64,000 nucleotides of DNA from an uncultured Methanosarcinaceae archaeon (GCA_963847185.1 CAWJYV010000004.1:96001-160000), one strand, 5' to 3'; shown: positions 10,955 to 22,226, counted from the stretch's first letter. The notes: generated by a model not told the origin, from the sequence alone. Numbers and translations: made by a program.

Positions 10955-11803
10955 TTATTTTACCCCCATGTTGGTATATTATTTTAGATTTTTTTGTGTT
11001 TTTTTTCATTCTCGTATTTTCTACTTTTTGCATACAGGAGAAGACAAAACTTTTAAGATTAGAGTATGAAGTGGGTAAGAGTATACAATTACTCCAGGGT
11101 ATGCACTGAGCATACGATCCTCTAATCAAATTTTTTATCCACCCCTCAAATTGATAGTTACTTCTGGCAATTGTATTTGGAAACTATTCTAATCACTTCC
11201 TTCCGTCTGGAGAGAACAGATTCAAGTTTAACTGCCAGAAGTATAAACTAATATATAATTCTTGGATATATAAAATTAATAGAATATCTTTTACTTAATA
11301 CAAATAGGCTTTGAAAAACTGGGCACACATAACGTTAAAAAAGCGAAGTTACTTTTATATTTATTAGTAGATTTAAATCCTTTAAGTTATCCGCTAAAAT
11401 GAGGAGTTTTAGTCCATAATTCACGTTTTTACGCAAAAAAAGACCTCAATAATATAAATAAGACTTTTATGAGATGAATAAACCCCTTTTTCCAATTAAA
11501 GCCAATTAAAGGGTTCAAAATATACACATTTAGTTAAAAAAAGTTGTATTACTCTTTGATCACTCTTTCGAGATCTAAACTTCATGACTTTAGTATTTTT
11601 TTTAAAATTAAATTATTCGTATAAAAAGTAAAGTAACATAAAAGAGAACACATAGCCGTCAATCAAATGAGGTAATTCACCATATATTATCTCCCTTGCC
11701 TTGAAAAGACAGCTATGGTGTACTTCTTTATTTCAATACGTGGTGATCCTTTCATAATAGCTGTTAAAAGCCATTGAAATCCATTAACAGCTATTAGCTA
11801 TAA

Positions 11804-11899
11804 TTACCACCAGTTGTTCCAGCCGCCACAGCCGCAGCGGTTCCAGCCGCAGCCGCCACCGCAGCCGCCCCAGCGTCGGAATCCAAAACCCCAAAACAT
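11804..11899 (-). CDS. Gly/Cys/Trp-rich peptide B, 31 aa (MFWGFGFRRWGGCGGGCGWNRCGCGGWNNWW)
   Basis: Translated by hand; GGAGGT RBS 7 nt upstream of ATG; GC-rich island in AT-rich DNA; paralogous to 12136-12222. Confidence 0.85.
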   Translation of the reverse strand: MFWGFGFRRWGGCGGGCGWNRCGCGGWNNWW

Positions 11900-12135
11900 T
11901 GTGTTTACCTCCATAGATTACTAAATGGTTTTATTTACCTGTATTATTGGTTTATGTTACTTAAACCAATATAAAAGAAAACACCTAGCCATCAATTCAA
12001 ATGAGATAGTTCACCATAAATTATCTCCCTCGCCTTGAAAAGACGGCTACGATGATATTTCTTGTTCCAATACTGGTGGTTCTTTGAAGATAGCTGTTAA
12101 AAGCCATTGAAAGCCATTAACAGCTATTAGATGAA

Positions 12136-12222
12136 TTACCACCAGTCGCAGCCGCCACAGCCGCCCCAGCGGCCACAGCCGCCACAGCCGCCCCAGCGTC
12201 GGAATCTCCAACCCCAAAACAT
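12136..12222 (-). CDS. Gly/Cys/Trp-rich peptide A, 28 aa (MFWGWRFRRWGGCGGCGRWGGCGGCDWW)
   Basis: Translated by hand; same GGAGGTAAACACA-ATG context as peptide B; differences between the paralogs preserve frame. Confidence 0.85.
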   Translation of the reverse strand: MFWGWRFRRWGGCGGCGRWGGCGGCDWW

Positions 12223-12956
12223 TGTGTTTACCTCCAGTGATTAATGTGTAGTTTATTTACTCTGTATTATTGGTTTTATCCGTTTACTCCCTTTACAGAA
12301 CAGGGAAGATGAACTTTCCGAGTTTAGATTGCTTAATTTTTGAATCAAACTCTTCTCAACCTCCCTTATCTGTTTTATGCTCATGGCAACTTATTTGTAA
12401 AAGCTACTTTGTTTATCAATTCTCATTTAGAGTGGAACAAACTTGTTTTTAATGAAACAAACTTGTTTTTAGCTGCACCGAGCATAATTAAAAATTATAC
12501 AAATTATTATATATAAATGCTAGAATAATTCATTCTTATCATTGATAGGCTTGGAAAAATTAGGTAAACCGCCTCGCCAGAGAGCGAATTTACTTTTAAA
12601 CTTAAGTTATAATTTCTAATTTTTTAATGCTCCAACAAGATCAGGATTTTTTTGTCTATAATCCCATGTTAGCCAAAAAATAAAGCTCCTTTAGTAAAAA
12701 TAAAGTACATTTCCCTGATCAAATTCCATTGAAAGTTTTAAAAACTGCTAATTTTGTCGAAAAAATAAAATAACTCTTTTGGTAAAAATATTAAGTAACT
12801 TCACTCTTTTTTTGCGAACAAAAGTTCCTTGCCAAGTATGATATTACGACAATAGATTTTTTTCGACAATAGATTTTTCATTCATACATTGGATAAGAAA
12901 TTCGAAAATTCTTCAAATAATTATGTCCAGATTAATCTGAATGAGAGTTTTTGTTT

Positions 12957-13598
12957 TCAAATCTTCAATATTTTTATTAATTCCTTTGCCCATTTCAGCT
13001 TTTTTTTCTTAATCTGACTAACATCCGGATCTTCAAAATCAAATCCTGCCAGCCTTACGCTTTTACCTCCAAACTCCATTGCCACAAAAGCACACCTGTC
13101 TCCATCACTGAATCCACCGAAATTGTACACTTTATCAAAAGGCTGAGCCTGGGTAGTTGCAATAAAGCGCTTGAAAAGAGGTACATATTTTTCAAGCTTA
13201 TCGATATTATCTCCATGTGCGTGGATCAGGACTAATGAGCCCTTCTCACAGGCATGGATTTCTTTTTCAATATCGGCCTCGGAATTACCGTCAAGGTCGG
13301 TACAGATAACCTCAGGTACACGACCGATATCCATCAGAACGGCAGCTGCTCCATCGGCTGCAATTACCACAAAAGCAGAAAGCTCGATTCCCGAAAGCTC
13401 TTCCCTGAGTTTTGGGGCATTTCCGCATACCAGGACAGGCTTTCCGAAAATTGCGACTTTAAGTTCAGAGAGATTGACAGTATTATCCTCTGTCAGCAGG
13501 CTGGAGAGGAAGCGAGCTGCCTCTTCATCACCTGCACGGTCGAACCCGAAATCCTCAAGGATTCTTTCGTAAATCGGCTCCCAGGCAGCAAAGTCCGT
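12957..13598 (-). CDS. mptE: 6-hydroxymethyl-7,8-dihydropterin pyrophosphokinase (MptE/DUF115)
   Basis: VIAADGA, TDLDG, HAHGDN, NFGGFSDGDR, GFDF, KKKKLKWA; the frame is open upstream of 13370 to ACG-DFAAWEPIYERILEDFGF at 13598. Confidence 0.8.
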   Translation of the reverse strand, partial: TDFAAWEPIYERILEDFGFDRAGDEEAARFLSSLLTEDNTVNLSELKVAIFGKPVLVCGNAPKLREELSGIELSAFVVIAADGAAAVLMDIGRVPEVICTDLDGNSEADIEKEIHACEKGSLVLIHAHGDNIDKLEKYVPLFKRFIATTQAQPFDKVYNFGGFSDGDRCAFVAMEFGGKSVRLAGFDFEDPDVSQIKKKKLKWAKELIKILKI

Positions 13599-13662
13599 AT
13601 AATCACACCTTTTTCGTTTTTAATTTAAACGCCTATTTCTTATCGCATTTGCTTCTCAGTGC

Positions 13663-16600
13663 TTATTTCTTTGCAATTCCCATCTTCATGGCAATGCCTT
13701 CAACATCCCAGTCCTTTACAAGAGCTCCGGAAATCTCAATGTCGCTGCCAAGTTCAAAGGCATCAGCTCTTACCTCTTCTGCAATCAAGATTTTTAAGGT
13801 CTCGACGAGCTTCAGTACTTTTTCGTCTTCGATCCTGACAGACACACGGATATTTTCATCCACCACAAGGTCAAGTTCCTTCCTCATATCCTGGAGCCTG
13901 CGGATGACTTCTCTTGTATACCCTTCAGCTTCGAGTTCAGGGGTTAAGTTTGCATCCACATAGACAAGGCCTGCATCTGATTCGGCACTGGCTGCGCCTG
14001 CAGGCAGGGTTTCTTTGAAGTTTGCCATTCCTGGAGTAGCTATGGCAGTTGTTCCATCTGCAAGGATTAGTTCGAATTCTCCGGCCTCTTCAAAGGCTCT
14101 CTTTAAAGCAAAGCCGTCGAGCTTCTGCATGGCAGGTATGACTTTTCCTGCATCTTTCTTAAAGACAGGCCCGATCTTACCCGGATCTGGAATAACCTCA
14201 AGCCCAAGTTCTTCCCAGCTCCTACCTACATCTGTCAGGACAATTGCCTTGGAGTTGGTCTGGTCCATAAGAACCGAGCGCAGCTTCTCGACAGCCTTTG
14301 CTGCATCTTCACTAGTTGGAGATATAACTATTCTCGATATAGGCCACCTGAGTTTTCTTCCTGCCTTCTGGCGGGCATTTGAAGCAGCCTCAACAATGGA
14401 ACGGGCAGTGTCCATAGCTGCTTCAAGCTCAGGGTCAAGATAGTTTTCATTGACTTTCGGCCAGTCGCACATGTGGACAGATTCAGGAGCATTCGGGTCT
14501 ACATTCCTGATAAGGTTCTGGTACATCTCTTCAGCTAGGTAGGGCATGAAAGGAGAGATCAGCTTTGTAAGGATCACATAAACCTCGTAAAGTACACAGT
14601 AAGCTGCAAGCTTGTCAGGATCATCTGCTTCTGTCCAGGTCCTTGGGCGGATTAGCTGGATATACCAGCGGGAGAGGTCTTCCAGAGTAAACTCCAGGAC
14701 CTCACGGACCGCTTTGTGCAGCAGGTAACCGTTCATAGCCTCATCTACTGCTTTAACAACGGACTGGGCTCTTGAAAGGATCCACCTGTCTTCCTCACGG
14801 AGGGCATCTTTTACGGAATCAAGATTGACCTTCATGGGGTCGAAATTATCAAGAGCCATATAGGGCAGCGGGAACCTGAAGACGTTCCAGAGGATATTGA
14901 TTGAACGGTGGACGGTTTCCACTTCTTCAAGGTTGAACTTCAGATCTTCCCATGGTGCACTTGAGGAAAGCACATAGGCACGCAGGGTATCTGCCCCGAA
15001 CCTGTCGATAATGTCCAGAGGAGAAATAACATTCCCAAGGCTCTTGGACATTTTCTTTCCGCCTGCATCCAGAGTGAAGCCGTGCATGAGTACACTCTTA
15101 TATGGAGCCCTGCCAAAGCCAACCATGCTTGCTCCTAGCTGGGAATAGAACCATCCGCGAGTCTGGTCATGTCCTTCAGTTATGAAGTCAGCTGGCCACC
15201 ACTCATCAAACTGCTCCCTTGTCTGCGGGAACTTAAGGGTTGCCCAGGAAGCAACTGCCGAGTCAAACCAGACATCAAAGACGTCTTCAACACGCTTTTT
15301 CTCTCCCCCGCACTCACATGGGATAGTAACTTTGTCCACATAAGGACGGTGAAGCTCAATATCGCCGAAAGCCCCTGATTTTTCCAGCAGCTCGGCTTTT
15401 GTCCCTATTACCTCAAGCTTTCCGCATTTATGGCATTTCCACACAGGGATAGGAATTCCCCAGTAGCGTTGCCTGGAAATACACCAGTCCCGAGCGCCTT
15501 CAACCCAGGTTCTGAACCTTGCCGAGCCTGCCCAGTCAGGGTACCAGTCAACAGCATCGATTTCCTCAAGCATCTTGTCCTTGATCTCGGTAACTTTGAG
15601 GAACCACTGTTCGGTTGCAAGATAAATGATTGGAGTCTTGCAGCGCCAGCAGTGCCCGTATCTGTGGGTTACTGTCCCTTCAGCAAGGAGTCTGTTTCTC
15701 TCCTTCAGGTCTTCAATGACAATTGGATTTGCTTCCCTGACATTCTTTCCCGCGTATTCTCCGGCTTCTTCGGTATACGCCCCATTTGAGCCAACAGGGC
15801 AGAGAATAGGAAGCTTGTGCTTTACACCAAGATTAAAGTCGTCCATACCGTGCCCTGGTGCAATATGTACACAGCCTGTGTTTTCTACGGTTACGAAATC
15901 TGCAAGATAAACTCCGTGCTTTATATTTTTCTGGACGGGTACCAGATCTCCAACAGGACTTTCGTACTCGAGTTTTGTGAGCTCTTCCCCGAGCATAGTC
16001 TCAAGGACTTCATAGTCAACATACCTGCCCTGTTTAAGGACATTTTTGATCAGGTCTGTGGCAGCAATGAGAATTTCTTCCGAGCCGTCCTGCCTGACTG
16101 CCCTGAATTTTGAGTATTCGAAACCAGGGTGTACAGCTACAGCCACGTTTGCGGGAATTGTCCAGGGAGTTGTTGTCCAGATGACAATGAAGGTATTTTC
16201 TTCCCCTTTTATCTTGAATTTCACATAGATCGAAGGGTCGGTTCTCTCGGCATATTCAACTTCTGAGTCTGCAATTGCAGTTTCACAGCGCGGGCACCAG
16301 TTGACCGAACGTTTGCCCACATCCAGAAGATCTTTCTCATTTGCCTGTTTAAGGGTCCACCAGGCAGCTTCGATGTAATCATCCTTTAAAGTCATATAGG
16401 GTTCTGACCATCTCATCCAGACACCAAGCCTCTGGAACTGTTCGGTCATTGCCTGTTTCTGGGTAATAGCAAATTCTTTACATTTCTCTATGAAATTCTC
16501 TACCCCAAAGCTCTCGATATCCTTTTTGGATTTGAAACCGAGCAAACCTTCAACTTTGACCTCTATTGGCAGGCCGTGCATATCCCAGCCAGGGCGTTCA

Positions 16601-16839
16601 AGGATGTAGCGGTTATTCATTGAATAATAGCGAAGAATGGAATCTTTAATGATTTTGTTCCAGGCAGTCCCCAGATGAATATGCCCTGTAGTATATGGGG
16701 GACCATCAACAAAAAAAAGCCTTTTTCCGGTTTTGCGGCGTTCCCGAGTCTTCTCGTACGCATCGCTGTCTTCCCAGAATTGCGTTACTTTTTTTTCAAT
16801 TTTTTCTGCATCGTATTTGGCAGTGATTTCTTTTATCAT
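13663..16839 (-). CDS. ileS: isoleucyl-tRNA synthetase
   Basis: DGPPY...HLGT (HIGH-like), [33 protein letters not shown]. Confidence 0.98.
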   Translation of the reverse strand: MIKEITAKYDAEKIEKKVTQFWEDSDAYEKTRERRKTGKRLFFVDGPPYTTGHIHLGTAWNKIIKDSILRYYSMNNRYILERPGWDMHGLPIEVKVEGLLGFKSKKDIESFGVENFIEKCKEFAITQKQAMTEQFQRLGVWMRWSEPYMTLKDDYIEAAWWTLKQANEKDLLDVGKRSVNWCPRCETAIADSEVEYAERTDPSIYVKFKIKGEENTFIVIWTTTPWTIPANVAVAVHPGFEYSKFRAVRQDGSEEILIAATDLIKNVLKQGRYVDYEVLETMLGEELTKLEYESPVGDLVPVQKNIKHGVYLADFVTVENTGCVHIAPGHGMDDFNLGVKHKLPILCPVGSNGAYTEEAGEYAGKNVREANPIVIEDLKERNRLLAEGTVTHRYGHCWRCKTPIIYLATEQWFLKVTEIKDKMLEEIDAVDWYPDWAGSARFRTWVEGARDWCISRQRYWGIPIPVWKCHKCGKLEVIGTKAELLEKSGAFGDIELHRPYVDKVTIPCECGGEKKRVEDVFDVWFDSAVASWATLKFPQTREQFDEWWPADFITEGHDQTRGWFYSQLGASMVGFGRAPYKSVLMHGFTLDAGGKKMSKSLGNVISPLDIIDRFGADTLRAYVLSSSAPWEDLKFNLEEVETVHRSINILWNVFRFPLPYMALDNFDPMKVNLDSVKDALREEDRWILSRAQSVVKAVDEAMNGYLLHKAVREVLEFTLEDLSRWYIQLIRPRTWTEADDPDKLAAYCVLYEVYVILTKLISPFMPYLAEEMYQNLIRNVDPNAPESVHMCDWPKVNENYLDPELEAAMDTARSIVEAASNARQKAGRKLRWPISRIVISPTSEDAAKAVEKLRSVLMDQTNSKAIVLTDVGRSWEELGLEVIPDPGKIGPVFKKDAGKVIPAMQKLDGFALKRAFEEAGEFELILADGTTAIATPGMANFKETLPAGAASAESDAGLVYVDANLTPELEAEGYTREVIRRLQDMRKELDLVVDENIRVSVRIEDEKVLKLVETLKILIAEEVRADAFELGSDIEISGALVKDWDVEGIAMKMGIAKK

Positions 16840-17476
16840 ATGGGAGTCTCCCTGATGAAGGATTAGCTATAACGGAACTATAATAATATGGTGAAAACAC
16901 GGCCAGTGAAAGCCCTATCTTGCAACTGCCCGGAAATAACTGATAATAAACCGTTTTCCGGTTTACAGACAGGCTCCACCACCGGCCGCTTATATATACG
17001 AAACCTTAACAAATATCTGACGGACACAATATCCATATCAGGAAAGCAAGCTTCATCAATCCCGAAAGAGAAAGGATCTTTTGTACGTCAATCAATTTAT
17101 TCAGTAATTACTGTACTTGATTTAAGCTTTGTTGTAACAAAACAGAAAAAACATTCCTTTGTCTCGTCAGATCCGTTTTCAAGGTAATTTACGGGCTAAT
17201 TCTTATCTAAGGATCAGGACTCAGGATAGAAAAGCTGCGAAAAATGAAGAATTGAAAACCGATCATGTAGACGAGTAAAAAAGTAAGTAAAAATATCAAT
17301 GACCTGGAAAATTTTGTTTAAGATTTCCTAATCATTGAAAGCACAAAGGTTATAGAGAAGCTCTGTAACTTAGAAAATCTGCTTGAGCAAGCAAAAAGAG
17401 CTTTTGTGCAAACATCTCTTGACTGGATGATGTTTTTATCTTAGGATAGTATTTTTAATCTTTTGAATGATACTTT

Positions 17477-17680
17477 TTAGCTCTTACCTTTAAGAGTCTT
17501 CCATATTACAGCAATTTTCTCGATCTCGATATGGGTATAACCCTCTTCTTTTATAGTCCATTTGAGACTAAGGATCCCATCTTTGCATTCTGCAGCAATT
17601 CCTCTGTACATAGTGTTTCCCCCAATGTCAATTTCGACTTCTTTACCCATATAATACTTCTCAATAAATTCCTGTTTCAT
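17477..17680 (-). CDS. small hypothetical protein (Sm-like fold, MM0924-like)
   Basis: MKQEFIEKYYMGKEVEI...HIEIEKIAVIW; GAGGT-like RBS upstream. Confidence 0.6.
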   Translation of the reverse strand: MKQEFIEKYYMGKEVEIDIGGNTMYRGIAAECKDGILSLKWTIKEEGYTHIEIEKIAVIWKTLKGKS

Positions 17681-17911
17681 TATTTTCAACTCCAACCTTT
17701 GGTTTCCGATCGTGTACGGAAAAACAATTATCAGAACATAGTTAGTTTCAGGCAGTATATTATATTTAAAAAAACACAATTTCTGAATATAGTTTCCTTT
17801 ATTTCTACAAAAAAGATATCAGCTGATGAAACTTATCTCAAAGCTGACCCAATTATCCGGAAAACTCAGAGAAACCGACTTAAAAGCCGGTTTAACACCC
17901 TGAGTACCCAT

Positions 17912-17995
17912 ATTTAACTCAAAGATTACAATTTAACTCAAAGATTACAATTTAACTTAAAGATTACAATTTAACCCAAAGATACAATTTAACTC
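17912..17995. repeat. 19-bp tandem repeat x4 (TTTAACTCAAAGATTACAA)
   Basis: Directly visible, intergenic. Confidence 0.85.
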
Positions 17996-19223
17996 AAAAA
18001 TTAACCTCATTTTCACTAAATCCTGATTCACTCAATCCCATTTCGTTCAACTCCATTTCACGTCCTCTGGAAAAGGTATCAAAGAAAGGAATATCTGCCC
18101 CAACAAACCAGGTTTCAAGGAAACTTAAGAGATGATATTTCAGGAAAACGGAAAGAGGCACATTAATGAAGAGCAGAGTTCCAAAGAAAATCAGCAGTTC
18201 CATAAGGACAAAAGGAGTCAGGAGTATCCAGCTCCAGGGGTCAGATACCAGGGAAGAGAAGATGAAGTATAGAATTATATCTGCAATAAGGTAAATCAGC
18301 CCCAAAACCAGCAAGACCACCAGGAAAAGCACAATTGCGATAATTGCTGTTGCTATTCCGAGTACAATTCTGGTTAACCAATAGAGAAACACTTCCTTCC
18401 AGCTTTTTTTGAAATTTGAAAATACAAGTCCGAAAGATGAAAGAATTCCTGTGTTCCGATAAATGGAAATAGGAATTGCAAGGTTTAAAAATGAAGTTGT
18501 CCCAAGTACAAGCAGGATCAGCACAATAATCGCACCAATAAACCAGAGAATCCCGCCTACAGAAGGATCAGATTCCTCAAGTACCGAGGGAAGAAGAGGC
18601 AGAAAAGCTATTACAGTAAGAATAATAAAACCCAGAGCAAGAGCAAAATACACCATTAGAAGGTTGAAACCTTTTGCCACAAACTCCCTTGAATAAGCCC
18701 AGAATTTTACCTCGTTTCTTACCAGAGATTCCACAAAAACAAACTGCATAAGACTGGAAACATACATAAAAAACAGGATTATAAGAATTAACAATGAGAT
18801 TGCAGCAATCGTAAGCCCATACTGACCAAGAAAACTATCCGAAAAGTAAAGTTTCTCAACGGAAGTAGATATACCATTGGAAAAATAATCCGGAAAAAAA
18901 CCGGAACCTGATCGTATCAAGTTATGAATAAATCCAGAATTACCCTGTATCCCGGAATTTAAGTGAATTTCCTTAAACTGCAACGGGTTAAGGTTAAAAG
19001 GAAGTCCTGGTATTTTGGCAGGATCAATACTGGGAAGATTACCTAAATCCTCAGGATTCGTCTGATAGTTACCACCTGATCCTCCGTAATTGGAACCAAA
19101 GCCGCCCATGAGTAAAATAATAATTGCGAGTTTAACCCATTTCCAGAAATCAAAAGGTTCAAAAAGAGCTTTTCTTGTCCTTGAAAGAGCTCTATCCACT
19201 GCATCTATTGCATACCAGCTCAT
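17994..19223 (-). CDS. conserved archaeal multi-pass membrane protein
   Basis: MSWYAIDAVDRA...LFEPFDFWKWVKLAII; several hydrophobic helices. Confidence 0.8.
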   Translation of the reverse strand: MSWYAIDAVDRALSRTRKALFEPFDFWKWVKLAIIILLMGGFGSNYGGSGGNYQTNPEDLGNLPSIDPAKIPGLPFNLNPLQFKEIHLNSGIQGNSGFIHNLIRSGSGFFPDYFSNGISTSVEKLYFSDSFLGQYGLTIAAISLLILIILFFMYVSSLMQFVFVESLVRNEVKFWAYSREFVAKGFNLLMVYFALALGFIILTVIAFLPLLPSVLEESDPSVGGILWFIGAIIVLILLVLGTTSFLNLAIPISIYRNTGILSSFGLVFSNFKKSWKEVFLYWLTRIVLGIATAIIAIVLFLVVLLVLGLIYLIADIILYFIFSSLVSDPWSWILLTPFVLMELLIFFGTLLFINVPLSVFLKYHLLSFLETWFVGADIPFFDTFSRGREMELNEMGLSESGFSENEVNF

Positions 19224-19581
19224 AATGGAGAAATTTACTCAGATAACAAATAAATAATTATCCTGAGAATTTAAGCTGAAACGTTAAAGACAAATTTAAA
19301 ACACCTGAAAATTGAAGTTCAGGCTTAAGATGTTGTAATATTACTTTTCTGTTCTTTTTCTGTTCTTTTTCTGTTCTTTTTCTGTTCCTTTTACGTTCCT
19401 TTCTTGCTCCTTTACACATGCGAAAGAGCCACAACACTTTTTAAATGGTGGACAGTCATATGTATACTTAATTACTCCTTCTGCTCTACCTGAGGTCAAA
19501 TCCGAGCTTTTCAATTCAATTTTGGAAATCCTATATCGATTTTGAGCCGCTCAGATCAATTATGAGGCATCCAAGTCAACT

Positions 19582-20502
19582 TTAAACCTCTTTATCTTCC
19601 CTCTGGCGAGAATTGCGAGCTTGGGACAATGCTTCAAAGCCGGAAATGACTTCAAACAGTTCTTCATCGATCCCACTCTGACGCAAACGATAATATGTTC
19701 CATTAAGCTCCTCCAGCAGTTCATCTATATTTTTATCTGCACGCTGCATTGCCGCCAGGCGGCTTGCGTTTTCGCTGGCAAGGGAATCGGCACAGGCCCG
19801 GAAAATTGAAACAAAAAGATATTCGCGAATGAGTGCCCGTAAAGTCACTGTACTGTCGCCCATTATGTCTGGCAGGAGATTCCTGGTAGGCCAGGGAAGT
19901 CTTGCCAGTTCACTTATCCAGACTTCATCAAGGGGAAGCAATCTCTGACTTACGGGTTCGTACATAGTCTTCGATTTGGGCTGGTTGTAAAAGAGATAAA
20001 GTTCAGCGGATTCGTCCTGGCTTTGAAGTTTTTCACTCTCTACCAGAATCTGCCCTACAAGCGGGGTAATGGCCTTGACGGAATTGGGTACCGTGAAAAG
20101 TCTATTCAGTGACAGATCAGTATCTTCCAGGCGAACATGAACGCGCTCACCAACAGCCCAGACCTGAGCTTTGCCAGGGAGAGTTGCAAGTTTCCTGGCC
20201 GCATAATCAGCAATGATGTCATTAAACTGTCCCACAAGTCCCTGATCAGAGCCAAATATAACCGCACCAATCACACCAGCTCCCTTCTTTCCTTTTTGCT
20301 TTCCCACAGTTATTTTCGCTTCTTCACGAAAACAGACCCCTAATCCCAGCTCCACGGTGCGATAATAATCAGCTAACGCACTAACCGCCTTCTCATACTG
20401 TCCGATACTTGAGGCTGCCAGAGCTTTCATAGTACGAACTACGGACTGAAGATCTTCCGCACTGCCGATCTTCTGGCGCAGACTCACAATATTATCGGCC
20501 AT
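19582..20502 (-). CDS. atpG: N-ATPase/F1 gamma subunit
   Basis: SVVRTMKALAA, SDQGLVGQFN, SENASRLAAMQRA, RQSGIDEELFE. Confidence 0.95.
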   Translation of the reverse strand: MADNIVSLRQKIGSAEDLQSVVRTMKALAASSIGQYEKAVSALADYYRTVELGLGVCFREEAKITVGKQKGKKGAGVIGAVIFGSDQGLVGQFNDIIADYAARKLATLPGKAQVWAVGERVHVRLEDTDLSLNRLFTVPNSVKAITPLVGQILVESEKLQSQDESAELYLFYNQPKSKTMYEPVSQRLLPLDEVWISELARLPWPTRNLLPDIMGDSTVTLRALIREYLFVSIFRACADSLASENASRLAAMQRADKNIDELLEELNGTYYRLRQSGIDEELFEVISGFEALSQARNSRQREDKEV

Positions 20503-20624
20503 TAATCCTCCTGATTTCCAGACCTGGATTTGATTTCAGCATTAGTTTCTTGCTGGGACTCCGATTGGATTTCAGTTTTAGCTTCTTGCTGAGATTCGGA
20601 TTTGGTTTTAATTTTAGTTTTAGT

Positions 20625-22226
20625 TTATTTCTGAGCTTCGAGTTTGAATTTAGCATTAGTTTCTTGTTTAGACTCTTGTTCAGACCCGGATTCGGACGTT
20701 TGCTGGAAAGGTTTGAGAGCTTTGAAAGCTATCTGAAGAATTTTTTTACGATCTTCGTTGCTTAACTTTTCGTCTTCATAAATTCTATCACGTATCTCTT
20801 CAGGAATTTCTTCTGCCGCTTTGCGCAGAGTTTGCTCAGCATCCTTCATCCGGTCAAGGGGTACGCTGTCAAAGAGTCGCTCAGTCAACGCAAGCAGTAC
20901 GATGATTTGTTCAGGTACTGAAACAGGGTCGAACTCTGATTGCTTGAGAAAGGCACGGATCCTTCTCCCATGCTCTATAGTCTTACGGGTGCTCTCGTCC
21001 AGCCTGGCACCGAATCTGGAAAAAGTTTCGAGTTCTTCGAACTGCGAGTAAGCAAGCTTTATATCTCCTGCAACTGCTCGATAAGCTGCCAGTTGAGCTT
21101 TGCCGCCTACTCGTGAAACGGACTTACCGACGTCGACTGCAGGCAGTATGCCAAGTTCGAAAAGTGACGGTGAGAGATAGATCTGCCCGTCTGTAATAGA
21201 AATTAAATTGGTTGGAATATAAGCAGAAATATTCTGTGCTTCTGTTTCGATGATAGGAAGAGCAGTAAGTGAGCCGCCCCCAAGTTCCTTACGCAGATGC
21301 GTGGCACGTTCCAGTAGCCTTGAGTGAATATAGAAAATGTCACCAGGATACGCTTCACGGCCCGGAGGTCGGCGCAGCAGCAGGGAAAGTTCGCGATAAG
21401 CACGGGCATGATTTGTAAGGTCATCGTAAACTATCAGTACATCCCGACCCCCCTCCATAAAATACTCTGCAATACTGGTTGCTGCGTAAGGAGCTATATA
21501 AGCGAGACCTGAGGGATCACTGCCCTCGGTCACAACGACAACAGTATAATCCATAGCTCCTTTTTCACGCAAAGTTGCCACTGCTCTGGCAACAGCGGAT
21601 GTACGCTGACCTATGGCACAATAAACGCACAGCACATTGTAATTACGCTGGTTGATGATGGTACTGATTGCAATTGCAGTCTTTCCGGTCTGTCTGTCCC
21701 CCAGAATCAATTCACGCTGGCCTCGCCCTATAGGGATTAAGGCGTCAATAACTTTTATGCCGGTCTGGAGAGGGACCGTAACAGGAAATCGGTCCATTAT
21801 AGGTGCACTGGGCCGCTCAATAGGCAGCCGATTGCTTGAAATTACAGGTCCCTTTCCATCAAGAGGCCGGCCAAGAGGATCAATAACGCGCCCTATCAAT
21901 CCTTCACCTACAGCCACATCCATAACCCTGCCAGTTCGCTCAACTTCATCACCTGCATGCAGGTGCCAGTGTTCACCGAGCAGAACGACACCCACTTCAT
22001 CCTCGTCAACGTTAAATGCAATTCCAAATAATTCCCCGGGAAACTTAACGAGTTCGTCGAATTCCACCCCAGGAAGGCCGGAGATATTCGCAATGTCGGT
22101 AGATACGGTTTTAATCGTACCTATCTCACGTGGGGTTAGCTGAGGAGTGAATGCCTCTCTGACCTGGTTCATTATGGAGAATGTGCTGTCAAAAACACTC
22201 TGCAGATCTTCAGGCTCCATGTTCAT
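20625..22226 (-). CDS. atpA: N-ATPase/F1 alpha subunit
   Basis: [39 protein letters not shown]. Confidence 0.97.
   Translation of the reverse strand: MNMEPEDLQSVFDSTFSIMNQVREAFTPQLTPREIGTIKTVSTDIANISGLPGVEFDELVKFPGELFGIAFNVDEDEVGVVLLGEHWHLHAGDEVERTGRVMDVAVGEGLIGRVIDPLGRPLDGKGPVISSNRLPIERPSAPIMDRFPVTVPLQTGIKVIDALIPIGRGQRELILGDRQTGKTAIAISTIINQRNYNVLCVYCAIGQRTSAVARAVATLREKGAMDYTVVVVTEGSDPSGLAYIAPYAATSIAEYFMEGGRDVLIVYDDLTNHARAYRELSLLLRRPPGREAYPGDIFYIHSRLLERATHLRKELGGGSLTALPIIETEAQNISAYIPTNLISITDGQIYLSPSLFELGILPAVDVGKSVSRVGGKAQLAAYRAVAGDIKLAYSQFEELETFSRFGARLDESTRKTIEHGRRIRAFLKQSEFDPVSVPEQIIVLLALTERLFDSVPLDRMKDAEQTLRKAAEEIPEEIRDRIYEDEKLSNEDRKKILQIAFKALKPFQQTSESGSEQESKQETNAKFKLEAQK

Larger units (their letters stand above)
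11640..12285 (-). repeat. Diverged tandem duplication (~330-bp unit) covering peptides A/B with their UTRs
   Basis: 11651-11806 aligns with 11984-12138, including the stem ATAGCTGTTAA...TTAACAGCTAT. Confidence 0.85.

Noticed and set aside
10665-11069. Pro-rich and Ala-rich + strand ORFs (10665-11069, 10751-10987)
   Set aside because: Antisense shadows of the Gly-rich peptide C; the RBS and paralogs support the minus strand
13649-16866. Many short ORFs antisense to or overlapping ileS (and similarly oplA, the atp genes and S2P)
   Set aside because: Shadow ORFs of long, confidently identified genes
17912-17995. 19-bp repeats (also 35255-35306, 39428-39490, 19345-19400) as CRISPR or iterons
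   Set aside because: No spacers and no adjacent rep gene; simple intergenic tandem repeats
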